Positions 37,312 through 48,017 of a DNA stretch of 64,000 bases are shown here, one piece after another. The DNA lies in NCBI GenBank assembly GCA_965222375.1, contig CBDCTZ010000015.1, positions 64,001 to 128,000 of the forward strand, written 5' to 3'. The notes beneath the pieces were generated by a model that searched no databases, was not told the origin of the DNA, and saw only the letters and a program-made list of their open reading frames with translations. Position numbers and translations under genes: made by a program. Each line of letters starts with the position of its first letter. Position 1 is the stretch's first letter. Source of the DNA: Polyangiaceae bacterium. Lineage in GTDB: Bacteria > Myxococcota_A > Polyangia > Polyangiales > Polyangiaceae.

Positions 37312-38151
37312 CTAGCGCTGTTGGTGGCCGCCGGCGCGCTCCGGCGCCGACGTTCTTGCAGACGTCGCACTCGAGCTTGCATCTAGATCGGCCGCGTTGA
37401 CCCGGACCACGCCAGCTAGGACGCGATGGTCCAACGCCAGGGTCGTGCTGCGCCGAGCCTGTTCGAAGGCGCGCTGTCCTGCGTCCAGGCGAAACGGCCC
37501 CACACGCTCGATGCCCTCGACAACCAAGGCGACCAGACCTGCGCGCCGCGGAGGCTGCAATGCGGGGCTGCCCTTTCGTCGCCAAGGTGAGCGTGATGCA
37601 AGGTGGTGGTGCAGCACGCGGCGTCCGGGTGCGACCCCGGCGACGCCGGGACGGTCGAGAACACCACCATCCATCAATGGGCGCCCCTCCACCCACAACG
37701 GGTGAAACAAGCCAGGCAGGGTGCAAGAGGCCTGAATCGCTGGAGCCAACGGGCCGTGCTGCATGACTCGAGTTCGTCGCGATAGTACGTCGTACACGCT
37801 CAACGCAGCGGGCACACGACATCCCTCGAAGCGTCGCACTGGAAGCAACTCCAGCAGCATGTTGCGAAAAAGCCGACCGCGAAGCAGGCCCACACCGACG
37901 CCAGGATCCCAGAAGTCGGCGCGGCGTAATCCCATCAACACGTCGCGCTGCGCGGGTGCATCGACACCAGCGGCCCAGAGCCCCCCAACCAGCGCTCCGG
38001 CGCTAGCGCCGGACACACGGCTCGGAACGAGCCCCGCATCTTCCAGGGCGACCAGCATTCCGGCGTGCGCGAAGAAGCCAAAGAACCCCGCTGACATTGC
38101 CAGGGTGAATTCGCCCTCGTGAAGCCAGTCACGCAATGTCGGGGAAGCCAC
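37312..38151 (-). CDS. patatin-like phospholipase
   Basis: [19 protein letters not shown]. Confidence 0.9.
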   Translation of the reverse strand: MASPTLRDWLHEGEFTLAMSAGFFGFFAHAGMLVALEDAGLVPSRVSGASAGALVGGLWAAGVDAPAQRDVLMGLRRADFWDPGVGVGLLRGRLFRNMLLELLPVRRFEGCRVPAALSVYDVLSRRTRVMQHGPLAPAIQASCTLPGLFHPLWVEGRPLMDGGVLDRPGVAGVAPGRRVLHHHLASRSPWRRKGSPALQPPRRAGLVALVVEGIERVGPFRLDAGQRAFEQARRSTTLALDHRVLAGVVRVNAADLDASSSATSARTSAPERAGGHQQR

Positions 38152-38180
38152 GCCACAACCACTCTAGCAGAGCCGTCAGC

Positions 38181-39371
38181 TCAGCCCGGCCGCCCGTCGA
38201 CCCGCTGCATAACCAACATGCGGGTCTGGAATAGTAGGAACGTGGCGAACCCGAGCATCCACAGGACGCCAGCCACCGTCAGCAGAGAGACTTGCGCGCC
38301 CGGTGCCAGCGGCGCGAGCACTCGCAGCATGGCGCCCGCCACGGTTGCAGCGAATCCCCAAGCGACGGGGCGCGGGGCCGCGAGCATGCGGCCAGTGTGG
38401 CCCAGAGTCACTCGGGACATCATTCCCAACGTGAGGGAACCAATGGCGCCAGCTGTCAGGCAGTGCGTCCACATCGAAGTTGGGACAAAGTCGAAGAAGT
38501 GACTGCCAGCGCGTAGCATGAGCCCGAAGGCGATAAAGGCGTGACCGGCGTGCAAGATCCACAACAACGGGTTGCGCAGAGTGCCCTGCGCCCCCCAGGC
38601 GTGCGCACGGACCAGGACCAGCACTCCGGCAACGAGCGCGATGGACGCGAGCCAACCCTCAGTCAGCTGCGCCGCACCGAGGACCGCCAAAGCGAGCACA
38701 CTCCCGAGAGCGAGTCGATCCAATGTTGGGCTGTTCTTCACCGCTTTGTCCTGCAACGCGTTGCGTGTGAACATCGGCACAATCCGCCCAGTGACCAGCA
38801 CCATCATCACCACGACGATGTCTAAGGCCAGCAAGGGACCCAGGCGCAAGCCCGGCACGGTGTGCCCCGCCGCACCCGAATGCAGCCAAATGTCCCCTGC
38901 CCCAAGGCCCACAATCATGAGCGGGAAGATGTAGTTGCGCCTGGACTTCGACAGCACGATCGGGCGCGCCAACACGAGAGCTAGCGCCAAGAAGAACGTG
39001 CCATCGACGTAAGCACCCCAGGCACTCCCCACGAAAGCGAGGCAACGTCCAGCTAGCCAGAGCACCACCAGAGCAGCAAGCGGCACACCGGTGGCGGTTT
39101 GACGGCTCGTCCAGTTGCTGGCGGCGGTGAGCAAGAAGCCAGCGATCACTGCGGCCGTGAAGCCGAATAGCATTTCGTGGGCGTGCCACACCGTGGCGCC
39201 GAGGCTGCCGCCAACGGCCACGTGCCCTCGCAGGGCAGCGACCCAGATCGGCAGGGAAAGCACCGCATGCAGTGCCGCTAGGAGGAAGAACGGTCGGAAG
39301 CCTTTGGCCAGCACCGCGACGGGCTCCGCACGCGTCGGTACGCTCTTCTCGTGCACCAAGGAGCGATTCAT
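38181..39371 (-). CDS. nnrS: NnrS family membrane protein
   Basis: GFRPFFL, WHAHEMLFGF, GFLLTA..NWT, GRIVPMFT, RVTLGHTGR. Confidence 0.92.
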   Translation of the reverse strand: MNRSLVHEKSVPTRAEPVAVLAKGFRPFFLLAALHAVLSLPIWVAALRGHVAVGGSLGATVWHAHEMLFGFTAAVIAGFLLTAASNWTSRQTATGVPLAALVVLWLAGRCLAFVGSAWGAYVDGTFFLALALVLARPIVLSKSRRNYIFPLMIVGLGAGDIWLHSGAAGHTVPGLRLGPLLALDIVVVMMVLVTGRIVPMFTRNALQDKAVKNSPTLDRLALGSVLALAVLGAAQLTEGWLASIALVAGVLVLVRAHAWGAQGTLRNPLLWILHAGHAFIAFGLMLRAGSHFFDFVPTSMWTHCLTAGAIGSLTLGMMSRVTLGHTGRMLAAPRPVAWGFAATVAGAMLRVLAPLAPGAQVSLLTVAGVLWMLGFATFLLFQTRMLVMQRVDGRPG

Positions 39372-39389
39372 GGATGCACGGGTTGGGCC

Positions 39390-40334
39390 TCAGGGGCCTT
39401 CAGAGAAGTTCTTGATGACATCAGCCGCACTCAGCGCCCGGCAGTAGACCGCAACGAGGTGGAGCTTGCCCAGCCAAGTGCGTGAATCGGTGAACTCGTT
39501 CGCCAGAACGAAGCCCCAGGTGCCATCCCAGTTGCCAAAGTCCCCACTCACGGTGTTGCTCTTGATGAGAGCTGAATCGATATAGAAACCGCTCGAACCG
39601 TTTGACGCCCGAGTGAACACCAGGTGAGTCAACGTGGTGGTCGTGGTCCCGAGGGGGGTCTTTATCTCCGACGTACCGATCGGGTTGGTGCTCGTGCGCA
39701 ACCGAACCCCAAAGGAGTTATCCATCTGCATCAGCGCAAAGTTGCGTGAGTGCTGGTCTTGGGAGTTGCTCAAGACCCGCGAGTGGCTGCCCTGGCCTGT
39801 GTTCTTGGGTGTGACCCAGACTTCCAAGCTCAGTTCCTTGGATTGCTTGCATTGGTCGTGAACCTTCGTGGGCGGACTGTTGTTCGCAATCCGTGTTTCG
39901 CTCTGAACCTCGAGGTGGCCTTTGCCCCACTTCACATTCTTCTCATCGGCGATTGTCAGGTCGTAGGGACTCCCGTTGCCCGAAGTGTCGGCAACCGTCG
40001 CCCCGCTTCCATCTTCGAATTCGTAGAGCAGCACTAGGCCCGCAGTGACGCGGCCCGTGGCGGCATCGCTGCCGGCATCCGCAACCGCGCCCCCCGTGCC
40101 CCCGCTTGCGGCTGCCCCGCCGAGTCCGCCGCTGCCACCCGCCTGTCCCCCACTCCCACCAGCCCCAACGCCGCCTGTGGCTGGTCCACCGCCAAGGCTA
40201 GCGTCGGAGTTGACGCTGGTGCCGCCTGAACCGCTGTCCAACGTAGAGCTAGCCTCGCCCCCGCCCGATTCCTCTAGGCCGCAGCCCGCTAGAGCCAATA
40301 CGAGTGCGCCACAAACGGCCAACGACCGCGACAT
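39390..40334 (-). CDS. Gly-rich-linker lipoprotein with LamG/ConA-like domain
   Basis: LAGC lipobox; LVLLYEFEDGSGATVADTSG, SLEVW, THLVFTR, WLGKLHLVAVYCRALS. Confidence 0.88.
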   Translation of the reverse strand: MSRSLAVCGALVLALAGCGLEESGGGEASSTLDSGSGGTSVNSDASLGGGPATGGVGAGGSGGQAGGSGGLGGAAASGGTGGAVADAGSDAATGRVTAGLVLLYEFEDGSGATVADTSGNGSPYDLTIADEKNVKWGKGHLEVQSETRIANNSPPTKVHDQCKQSKELSLEVWVTPKNTGQGSHSRVLSNSQDQHSRNFALMQMDNSFGVRLRTSTNPIGTSEIKTPLGTTTTTLTHLVFTRASNGSSGFYIDSALIKSNTVSGDFGNWDGTWGFVLANEFTDSRTWLGKLHLVAVYCRALSAADVIKNFSEGP

Positions 40335-40346
40335 GTACAAAGCGTA

Positions 40347-40868
40347 TCACGTGCCGTCATCGCGAGCGCGTCCGAGCCAGAGGGGAATCGCCAGCGCAGG
40401 GAGGGCAATCAGATCCGTCACATCTCGGGTCAAGTGAACGCGCCACGAGGGCGGCAGGTCGCCGCCTCGTAACAGCTCAAAACCCGCAACAAATGGCCAC
40501 TGCATCCCACCCAAGCCTACACGGTATGCATCGGCTGCCTGGGGCGACAGCTGCAAAGCGGTGAACACCGCTGCGGTGAGCAGAGCGGCCACGAACAAGA
40601 CCCTCCAGGAGTGATGCACCGGCTGTCCTCGAAGTCGCAGGCCGACTTCCCACAGCGCTTGGAGGAATAGCGGGAAGAACGCCAAGCCGGCGAAGTCCGA
40701 GAGTTTGCCAGTTATCGCTGATGGGCATGCGCTCTTGAGAACATGGTCGTTCACGACCAGCAGCAACACGGCTGCTAACGCCACTGGGTGCAGTAGCCCC
40801 TCGCCAGCCACGGCTTGGGTCGGCTCCCGACTCACGGTAGCAGGCAGTGCTTCAGTCCTCGACAACAT
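40347..40868 (-). CDS. hypothetical integral membrane protein (NDHxLK motif)
   Basis: LLVVNDHVLK...TGKLSDFAGL...DVTDLIAL; several TM helices. Confidence 0.75.
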   Translation of the reverse strand: MLSRTEALPATVSREPTQAVAGEGLLHPVALAAVLLLVVNDHVLKSACPSAITGKLSDFAGLAFFPLFLQALWEVGLRLRGQPVHHSWRVLFVAALLTAAVFTALQLSPQAADAYRVGLGGMQWPFVAGFELLRGGDLPPSWRVHLTRDVTDLIALPALAIPLWLGRARDDGT

Positions 40869-41385
40869 CGACAAACGCGTCGTCGGGTTCGTCAGTACCC
40901 GTCCCAGCAATGGCGGCCACGAACCGGTAGTTGAAGCGTACGGACTCATCGGGGTGCCCGTCGACGAGGCTCAGGCTAACCGTATAGCCCGCCTCGCAAG
41001 GAGCAGCCTCGCAAGGCGTATTCTGCCCCACATGAAGAGTGGCGTCCTCGAGTTCTCCGTCGTCATCGAAGGAGTCTTCGACCCGTTCGATCTCCTCGCG
41101 CAGGAGCGTGCCATCGTCAGCGACGATCTTCACGCGCACGGCGGCAGCCGGCTCGTGGACGTTTCGGTCCCAGCGGATGTCACCGTGCACCGAAACCGTA
41201 TGGGACTGACTCGAACGGACAGAGAAGTGACGAACGTCTTCGGGTCGGTTGGTATCCAGGCGAATCTCGGGTACTGCCGCCGAATCATCCAGGCTCCAGT
41301 CCGGTTGACTGGTCGCAATGGAGGCCAGCGCCGCCGCAACCAATCCCAAACGACTCAGCCCCCGCCTCCAGGTGTCTCTCCGCAT
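40852..41385 (-). CDS. secreted hypothetical protein
   Basis: Signal peptide; acidic domain; overlaps the downstream gene. Confidence 0.65.
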   Translation of the reverse strand: MRRDTWRRGLSRLGLVAAALASIATSQPDWSLDDSAAVPEIRLDTNRPEDVRHFSVRSSQSHTVSVHGDIRWDRNVHEPAAAVRVKIVADDGTLLREEIERVEDSFDDDGELEDATLHVGQNTPCEAAPCEAGYTVSLSLVDGHPDESVRFNYRFVAAIAGTGTDEPDDAFVDVVED

Positions 41386-41525
41386 ACCAGGGTCTAGCAG
41401 CAACCGTCGTGCCTGGCATTCTCTCGGTCATTTCTGGGATTCGGCCGAGACCCGGCCTGACAGTAGTGTCAGGCTCCGGCGAAACCGCGGTTCACGCCGT
41501 GCGTTCGAGCGTTTATGGTTCCCGT

Positions 41526-42818
41526 GTGAAACTCACGACCTACGGTGCCACCGACGTCGGACGCTCTCGCGACCACAACGAAGACCACTTGCTCGTCGAC
41601 GACACCCTCGGGCTGTTCGTCGTCTGCGACGGCATGGGTGGCCACGCCTCGGGAGAAGTGGCGTCCGCAATGGCTGCGAACTCCGTGCGCGCGGTCGTCA
41701 GGGCGGAGCTTGGGGAGGTGGATGCCCAAAAAGATGAAGCTCGGCCTGCGGATTTCGTCGCGGACGTCATGCGACGAGCAGTGGAGGCGGCGAACAGCAG
41801 TGTGCACGCCCATGGCAAGAAGGAAGAGGCAGGCCGTGCAGCCGGCACGACTTGCACGGCGTTGTGCATCCGGGGAAACCGCGGAACCCTGGCCCACGTG
41901 GGCGACTCGCGGCTCTATCTGAAGCGCGGCGGCCAGACCCACCTTCTGTCTTTCGATCACAGCTTTTTGGCGGAGGCCATTCGGCGAGGCGTTCCTCGTG
42001 ACGAAGCCATTCAGAACTTCCCGCCCAACTTGTTGAGTCGGGCGGTTGGCCCCTTGCCCCGCGTGCAGGTCGACACCCTAGAGTTCGATATCCTGCCCGG
42101 GGATCTCTTTGTGCTCTGCTCGGATGGGCTGCACGGCTACTTTGCGTCGACAGAGGCGGCGGGCACCGAGCTGGATGGTGACCCTGCAACGCTGCCCAAG
42201 CGGCTCATTGACATGGCGAATGAACGGGGCGGCGCCGACAACATCACTGCACTGATCGTATGTGCGGGAGAGGCCGAGGCAGAGGAACCCGCCCGGATGT
42301 CCCGGGTACACGAAGACCTCTCCGCACTCCAGGCCATGGAGCTTTTCAACGAGCTGACCTACCCCGAGCTGCTCGAGGTGGCCGGCACACTGCGCAGCGA
42401 AGAGTTCGATGCAGGTCAGATCCTGCTGAAAGAGGGCGAAACCAGCCGAAGTCTCTACGTCATCGCCTCGGGCCGCGTCGAGGTCCGCCGAGGGGACACG
42501 CTGCTCGCTACCCTCAACAGCGGCAGCCACTTTGGGGAGATGGCGCTGCTGACCAATCGCCCGAGATCAGCGAACATCAGAACCCTCGAGCCCTGCCGGT
42601 TGCTCACCCTAGACCAAGACCAGATCTATCCGCTGTTCCAGCAGAACCCGGTCATCGGCCTGAAGTTCCTGTGGCGGCTCGCACAGATCCTGAGTCTGCG
42701 CTTGGACGAGGCGACGCTATTCACGTCACCGATTCCCGACACGGAGCGCATCAGCCCGGAAGAGGCAGGCAAGATCACGGACGAGCTTTTCCCGCCGCCC
42801 TTCAGCAAGAAGAACTGA
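41526..42818 (+). CDS. PP2C Ser/Thr phosphatase fused to a cNMP-binding domain
   Basis: NED, DGMGGH, GTT, HVGDSR, CSDG, DNIT; FGEMALLTNRPRSA. Confidence 0.92.
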   Translation: MKLTTYGATDVGRSRDHNEDHLLVDDTLGLFVVCDGMGGHASGEVASAMAANSVRAVVRAELGEVDAQKDEARPADFVADVMRRAVEAANSSVHAHGKKEEAGRAAGTTCTALCIRGNRGTLAHVGDSRLYLKRGGQTHLLSFDHSFLAEAIRRGVPRDEAIQNFPPNLLSRAVGPLPRVQVDTLEFDILPGDLFVLCSDGLHGYFASTEAAGTELDGDPATLPKRLIDMANERGGADNITALIVCAGEAEAEEPARMSRVHEDLSALQAMELFNELTYPELLEVAGTLRSEEFDAGQILLKEGETSRSLYVIASGRVEVRRGDTLLATLNSGSHFGEMALLTNRPRSANIRTLEPCRLLTLDQDQIYPLFQQNPVIGLKFLWRLAQILSLRLDEATLFTSPIPDTERISPEEAGKITDELFPPPFSKKN

Positions 42819-42923
42819 ATTTCCCGCAAATTTTGCGAATCGTCACGGATTCGAGCGCGGCATCCCAACCCGCGGATTTGTTTGCTAGGTTAGCCGCCCC
42901 CCTGAGAAAGGAGTGGCGCTCAA

Positions 42924-44757
42924 ATGGCCGAGGCACACACCAAACACGCTCAACTACTCTCCTGGGTCGAAGAAATGAAAGCGCTTTGCAAGCCAGAGCG
43001 CGTGTACTTCTGCGACGGCAGCGAAGAAGAGTATGACCGCCTGACCAAATTGCTGGTGGAAGCAGGCACGTTCATAAAGCTGAACGAAGAGAAACGCCCC
43101 AACAGCTTCCTCGCGCGTTCCGATCCGAAGGACGTCGCACGTGTAGAGGGGCGGACCTTCATCTGCTCCAACGCCAAAGGCGACGCAGGCCCCACCAACA
43201 ACTGGATGGCGCCAAAAGAGATGAAGGCGGAGATACGCAAGACTCTCGACGGCTGCATGCGTGGGCGCACTATGTACGTGGTGCCGTTCTCCATGGGACC
43301 CCTTGGCTCTCCCATCGCGCATCTGGGCGTACAGATCACGGATAGCCCCTACGTCGCGGTCAGCATGCGCATCATGACCCGCATGGGCCAAGGCGCGCTG
43401 GACGTTCTGGGCGAAAACGGCGAGTTCGTGCGCTGTGTGCACTCGGTGGCGCAGCCGCTGAGCCCGGGCCAAAAGGACGTGCCGTGGCCCTGCAATCCCG
43501 AAGCGCTGACGATCGCTCATTTCCCCGAGACCCGGGAAATCTGGAGCGTCGGCTCGGGCTACGGCGGCAACGCCTTGCTCGGCAAGAAGTGCCTAGCCCT
43601 TCGCATCGCCAGCACGATGGCCCGTGACGAGGGCTGGCTCGCGGAGCACATGCTGATCATGGGCGTTGAAAACCCAGATGGCGAAAAGACCTACGTTGCA
43701 GCCGCATTCCCTTCCGCTTGCGGCAAGACCAACTTCGCCATGCTGGTCCCGCCGGAAGGCTTCAAAGGCTGGAAGATCTTGACCGTTGGCGACGACATTG
43801 CCTGGATCAAGCCTGGCGAGGACGGCCGGCTGCACGCCATCAACCCCGAAGCTGGCTTCTTCGGCGTGGCGCCGGGCACCGGCGACCACACGAACCCGAA
43901 TGCGATGAAGGCGCTGACGAAGAACAGCATCTTCACCAATGTCGCGCTCACCGATGATGGGGACGTCTGGTGGGAGGGCATGACGGATGAGCCCCCGAAG
44001 CACTGCATCGACTGGCGTGGCAACGACTGGACTCCGGACTCCAAGACTCCAGCCGCACACCCTAACGCCCGCTTCACGGCGCCGCTGGCGCAGTGCCCAA
44101 CGGTGGATCCCCGTTGGGAAGACCCCAAAGGCGTTCCCATTCGCGCGTTCATCTTTGGCGGCCGTATGTCGAAGAACATGCCGCTGGTGTTTCAGGCCTT
44201 CAACTGGAGCCACGGCGTTTACCTCGCTGCCACCATGGGTTCCGAAAAGACAGCTGCGGCAGAAGGCCAGGCGGCGATGCGCCGGGACCCGATGGCGATG
44301 CTGCCGTTCTGCGGCTACAACATGGCCGACTACTGGGGCCACTGGCTCGACTTCGGTCGACGGATCCCCAACCCGCCGCGCATCTTCCGTGTCAATTGGT
44401 TCCGCAAGGACGAAAACGGCAAGTTCATCTGGCCCGGTTTTGGCGAGAACATGCGGGTGTTGAAGTGGGTTGTCGAACGCGTTCGGGGTCGCTCCTACGC
44501 GGTCGAAAGCCCCTTGGGTTGGATGCCCCCGCTACGAGGACCTCCATTGGGAAGGCATCGACTTCCCGCCGGAGCGCTACAACGACATCATGCAAGTCAG
44601 TCGCGAAGCGGGACGGGACGAGGCTTCGCAGCACGAAACGCACTTCGATCGCTTCTACGACCGGCTGCCCAAGGAGCTGCTGTACGAACGGGAGTTGCTA
44701 CGTTCTCGCCTGTGGCGTTCGCCAGAAACCTGGGAACTCGCCGACGAGCGCGGCTAG
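42924..44757 (+). CDS. pckG: GTP-dependent phosphoenolpyruvate carboxykinase, with a +1 frameshift near 44526-44530
   Basis: [56 protein letters not shown]; the C-terminus (RYEDL...ERG*) is in the frame ending at 44757. Confidence 0.93.
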
Positions 44758-46628
44758 CCAACCAGCTTCAGCCGGGTCTTGCCGTCAGCCGCGTCTTGTC
44801 CACGCGTCACGACGGTTCCGAGACCTGGCGGAAGCGGTAGGTTCTGGTGCTTGGCGTAAACGCCATGTTTGCCGTGGGTGCGATACCACTCGCCCACGCT
44901 GGCGGTCTGGTGCATCTTCTCGACGATTTGTCGAAACCCCACGCCGGTGTTGTAGGCACAAAAGGAGATCTCCCCCTGCTGGGTACCGTAGGGGATGATG
45001 CACATCTCCGTTCGCCGGAAGTCGTAGTTCCAAAGGTCCTGAAACCACATGCCAGCTACGAATAGAAAGCGCCAATCGAACTCGTCGGCATCCCCCTCGC
45101 TCGCCCCGACGCGGCTGCCCTTGGCACCCATTTGCGACAGTACTTGCCGAATGAGTTCGAGCAAGCCGTAGCCTTCCGGTGCCCGCTCCGGACGATAGGC
45201 TTTGAGGAGCGCCAGCCCCATCGCCAACATCGTGCGTTTCTTGCCGTAGCCTGCGTCCGCAATCACTCGCAGGTCTTTCAGAAAGCCGTCCACGTCCACG
45301 AATTCCGACAGGGGCAGCATGCGCTTGGTTTTCTTGTGCACCAAGAGCACTGTGCCAATGCCGCAGTTGGGGTGGCAGCCACACTTGAGCGCGCCGAAGT
45401 CTGCGCTTTCGCCGAGCATGAGATCCAAGACATCGCTGAAGGGATTCATCGCCGACAGCGGGTACCAGTCTCGGAGCGGCTGGGTTACCTTCAGTTGGTC
45501 GCTCAGATCGTGCACGAGATGACTCAGAGTGTAGCGCTGCTGCTTACGCTGGGCATCGCTGATTTCCTCATCCCGCCCTGTGAAGCTCACGGGCTGGAAC
45601 GACACGACCGTGACCTTATCGGCATTGTCGATGGCGAAGCGCACGATGTCGCCCACTTGGTCGTCGTTGACACCACGCGCGACAGTGACGACCAGCACCA
45701 CATCGATGCCGGCTGCGTGGAGATTCTCGATGGCGCGACACTTCACGTCGAAGAGGTTGCCCACCTTGCGGTGCCAGTGGGCGTCGTTTGAGACGCCATC
45801 GAATTGCAGATACGCCAGGCGCAGACCGGCGCGTTTCGCCTTGCGGCAGAACTCCGGGTCTTGGGCGAAGCGCACACCGTTGGTAGCGCACTGCACGCAG
45901 AAGTAGCCGGCATCCCGAGCGTATTTGATGGCGTCGAGGAAGTGCGGACTGAGGCAAGGCTCCCCACCAGAAAACTGCACACTCATCTGCCTGCGCGGCT
46001 TCACGGACAGGGAGTCGTCCAGGATTTTCGTGACGTCGGACCAAGTCAGCTCGTGCACGTAGCCGACTTGGTTGGCATCCATGAAGCATGGATCGCACAT
46101 CATGTTGCAACGATTCGTCAGGTCCACGGTCAGCACCGCACCGCGGCCGTATTTCACACTGCTGGCGCCGTGGTCGCGGAGGGGAGACTTGGGTGCCAAG
46201 TAGTCCCGCCCCGGGAATAGACTCTCCATGCGCGCCAGAAACTCCGGGTCGATGCTCAACACGTCTTCGAACTCGCCGTGCTTTGGACAGCACTTCTCCA
46301 TCCGGATCTCTCCGCCGCGCTCCAAGATTTGAGCGCGGATCTCCCCGGGGTGCTCGAAGACGAGTTCATGCAGGGGTCGGTCGCCGGCCAGTACTTGAGC
46401 TCGAACCTCTTTCACGCATTCAGGGCAGAGCGAATCCGTTTCGCGTGGAAACCCCAGGCTGGGAAAGCTGCGGGCTTCGCCGCGAATCAGCGGACCTGGC
46501 GCCCACTTGGGCGACGTGGAGGGCGCGGGCACGGCCGCGGCGACGCGGCCAAACAGCCGAAACAACTGGCGCGCGCCTCGGGTGACACCCCGCTCCAGCA
46601 GCGCCCGACGGCCCGTAAGAAAGCTCAT
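44754..46628 (-). CDS. radical SAM protein, tetraether lipid synthase (Tes/MJ0619) family
   Basis: [64 protein letters not shown]...CIIPY, FCAYN. Confidence 0.88.
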   Translation of the reverse strand: MSFLTGRRALLERGVTRGARQLFRLFGRVAAAVPAPSTSPKWAPGPLIRGEARSFPSLGFPRETDSLCPECVKEVRAQVLAGDRPLHELVFEHPGEIRAQILERGGEIRMEKCCPKHGEFEDVLSIDPEFLARMESLFPGRDYLAPKSPLRDHGASSVKYGRGAVLTVDLTNRCNMMCDPCFMDANQVGYVHELTWSDVTKILDDSLSVKPRRQMSVQFSGGEPCLSPHFLDAIKYARDAGYFCVQCATNGVRFAQDPEFCRKAKRAGLRLAYLQFDGVSNDAHWHRKVGNLFDVKCRAIENLHAAGIDVVLVVTVARGVNDDQVGDIVRFAIDNADKVTVVSFQPVSFTGRDEEISDAQRKQQRYTLSHLVHDLSDQLKVTQPLRDWYPLSAMNPFSDVLDLMLGESADFGALKCGCHPNCGIGTVLLVHKKTKRMLPLSEFVDVDGFLKDLRVIADAGYGKKRTMLAMGLALLKAYRPERAPEGYGLLELIRQVLSQMGAKGSRVGASEGDADEFDWRFLFVAGMWFQDLWNYDFRRTEMCIIPYGTQQGEISFCAYNTGVGFRQIVEKMHQTASVGEWYRTHGKHGVYAKHQNLPLPPGLGTVVTRGQDAADGKTRLKLVG

Positions 46629-46726
46629 GCCGAGAGAATAGCGAAAATTCAGTCCAAAAACCGCGTCACGCAGCAAGTGTATGATCTTGGCACTGCTTTC
46701 CGTTCCGATCTCACGGGAACACGGCC

Positions 46727-47341
46727 GTGCCTGGACCTTCTGCCGCCAACAAAGCCCGCATCTGGGCAGCTCGCATCGCCTTGGCCGCAGCCGCCGCGGC
46801 TTGCCTGGCCACCTCCCGGCCAACCATGCGGCGGAACTACCCTAGCTGGCAGCTGCAACATCTCGGCGAGCGAAAGCTCGCGTGCACGCGTTTCGACGCT
46901 TATGTGAAGAAGAGCGGCAAAACCGGCGTGGGCATCGTACTCGCGTTCAGACCAGAAAGGACCCCATGCGCGATCGCAGTGCTTGCCGCTGGCCTCGACA
47001 TCGGCGGCGAGCGAGTGCCCGCCTCGGCCCTCCCCATAGTCTCGGAGAGCGACGGGCCCCAATTCGTCTACCTGGCGTTTCCCTTCGATAACGAAGCCGC
47101 CTGGAACGAGGAGCGCAGACAAGGCTCCTTTTACCTGAAGCTCAATGTTGGGGGGCGGCTCGAAGAGTTGGCGTTTTCCATGAAGCACCGATGGGATGCC
47201 ACCCATGTCAGCGAACGTGACATGGGCCGACCTGCGCCCTCAGCGTCACGACACCCAGCACCGCCCACCTCGACTCCGCTCGCACCCGCCGCTCCCGAGT
47301 CCTCGGGCCCGAGCTTCGCCGAACCTCCGCCGGGACCATGA
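46727..47341 (+). CDS. secreted hypothetical protein
   Basis: Hydrophobic N-terminus, Pro-rich tail; start uncertain; ATGA overlap with the next gene. Confidence 0.6.
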   Translation: MPGPSAANKARIWAARIALAAAAAACLATSRPTMRRNYPSWQLQHLGERKLACTRFDAYVKKSGKTGVGIVLAFRPERTPCAIAVLAAGLDIGGERVPASALPIVSESDGPQFVYLAFPFDNEAAWNEERRQGSFYLKLNVGGRLEELAFSMKHRWDATHVSERDMGRPAPSASRHPAPPTSTPLAPAAPESSGPSFAEPPPGP

Positions 47342-47931
47342 CGCGCTACTTCGCCATGAGCATCGCGCTGTGTGCGTGGAGCGCAACGGCGTGCACGCAC
47401 AGTCATCTGCCACGGAACGCCCCCGGGCATGTGCGCGTGGAGGTCCCACCGGAGAACATGGCCAACCCCGAGCCAGAACTGCCCGAGGATCCTGGCGAGC
47501 GCATGCTCATCGTGAGCTACGGCGTTTTCGCCGGAGGCGGTGTGCTGGCCGAAGAAGATGCGGATTTAGCGGGCGATTACGGCCTCGGGCCCGAGATTTC
47601 GGTCGAACTGGGCGACCGAAATCGCAGCCACTTCCAGGACGACTTCTTCGTACTTCCAGATCGCAGCTTAGGATTGCGATTTGGTCTCAACGTCTTGGAT
47701 TCCAAGCTCGAGCCTCCCGGCGCGGGCTTTTCAGAGTTCGCCTACACCGACGAGTTCGTCCGAGCCGGCGCTGGCTGGGCCTGGGACGCGGATGACGCGC
47801 GGCACGGGCCTCATGCGACTTTGGCTGCTGGCCCGTTCTTTGTGCGAGGCATGCATCTCCTCGACTACGGGACCTCCGTGCACGCAGGTCTACTGATTGG
47901 CGGAAGTCACGCCTGGATCTGGAGTCGCTGA
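47338..47931 (+). CDS. hypothetical lipoprotein, possibly a small beta-barrel
   Basis: ATAC lipobox; alternating Gly/aromatic strands. Confidence 0.6.
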   Translation: MTRYFAMSIALCAWSATACTHSHLPRNAPGHVRVEVPPENMANPEPELPEDPGERMLIVSYGVFAGGGVLAEEDADLAGDYGLGPEISVELGDRNRSHFQDDFFVLPDRSLGLRFGLNVLDSKLEPPGAGFSEFAYTDEFVRAGAGWAWDADDARHGPHATLAAGPFFVRGMHLLDYGTSVHAGLLIGGSHAWIWSR

Positions 47932-48017
47932 GCCCACGGTTTTCTTCTGGCGTTGGATCCAAAGAGACGGCAGACCAATACGTTTGATAGAGTGCGTCAC
48001 GCCAGAGGGAGGCTACT

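Noticed and set aside
37115..37822. N-terminal extension of the 35516 ORF to 768 aa
   Set aside because: Overlaps the patatin gene in another frame; SD and lipobox support a start at 37114
44754..46628. MoaA or RiPP-modifying SPASM radical SAM
   Set aside because: The motif set matches the MJ0619/Tes family; no MoaA C-terminal GG, no SPASM motif and no precursor peptide seen
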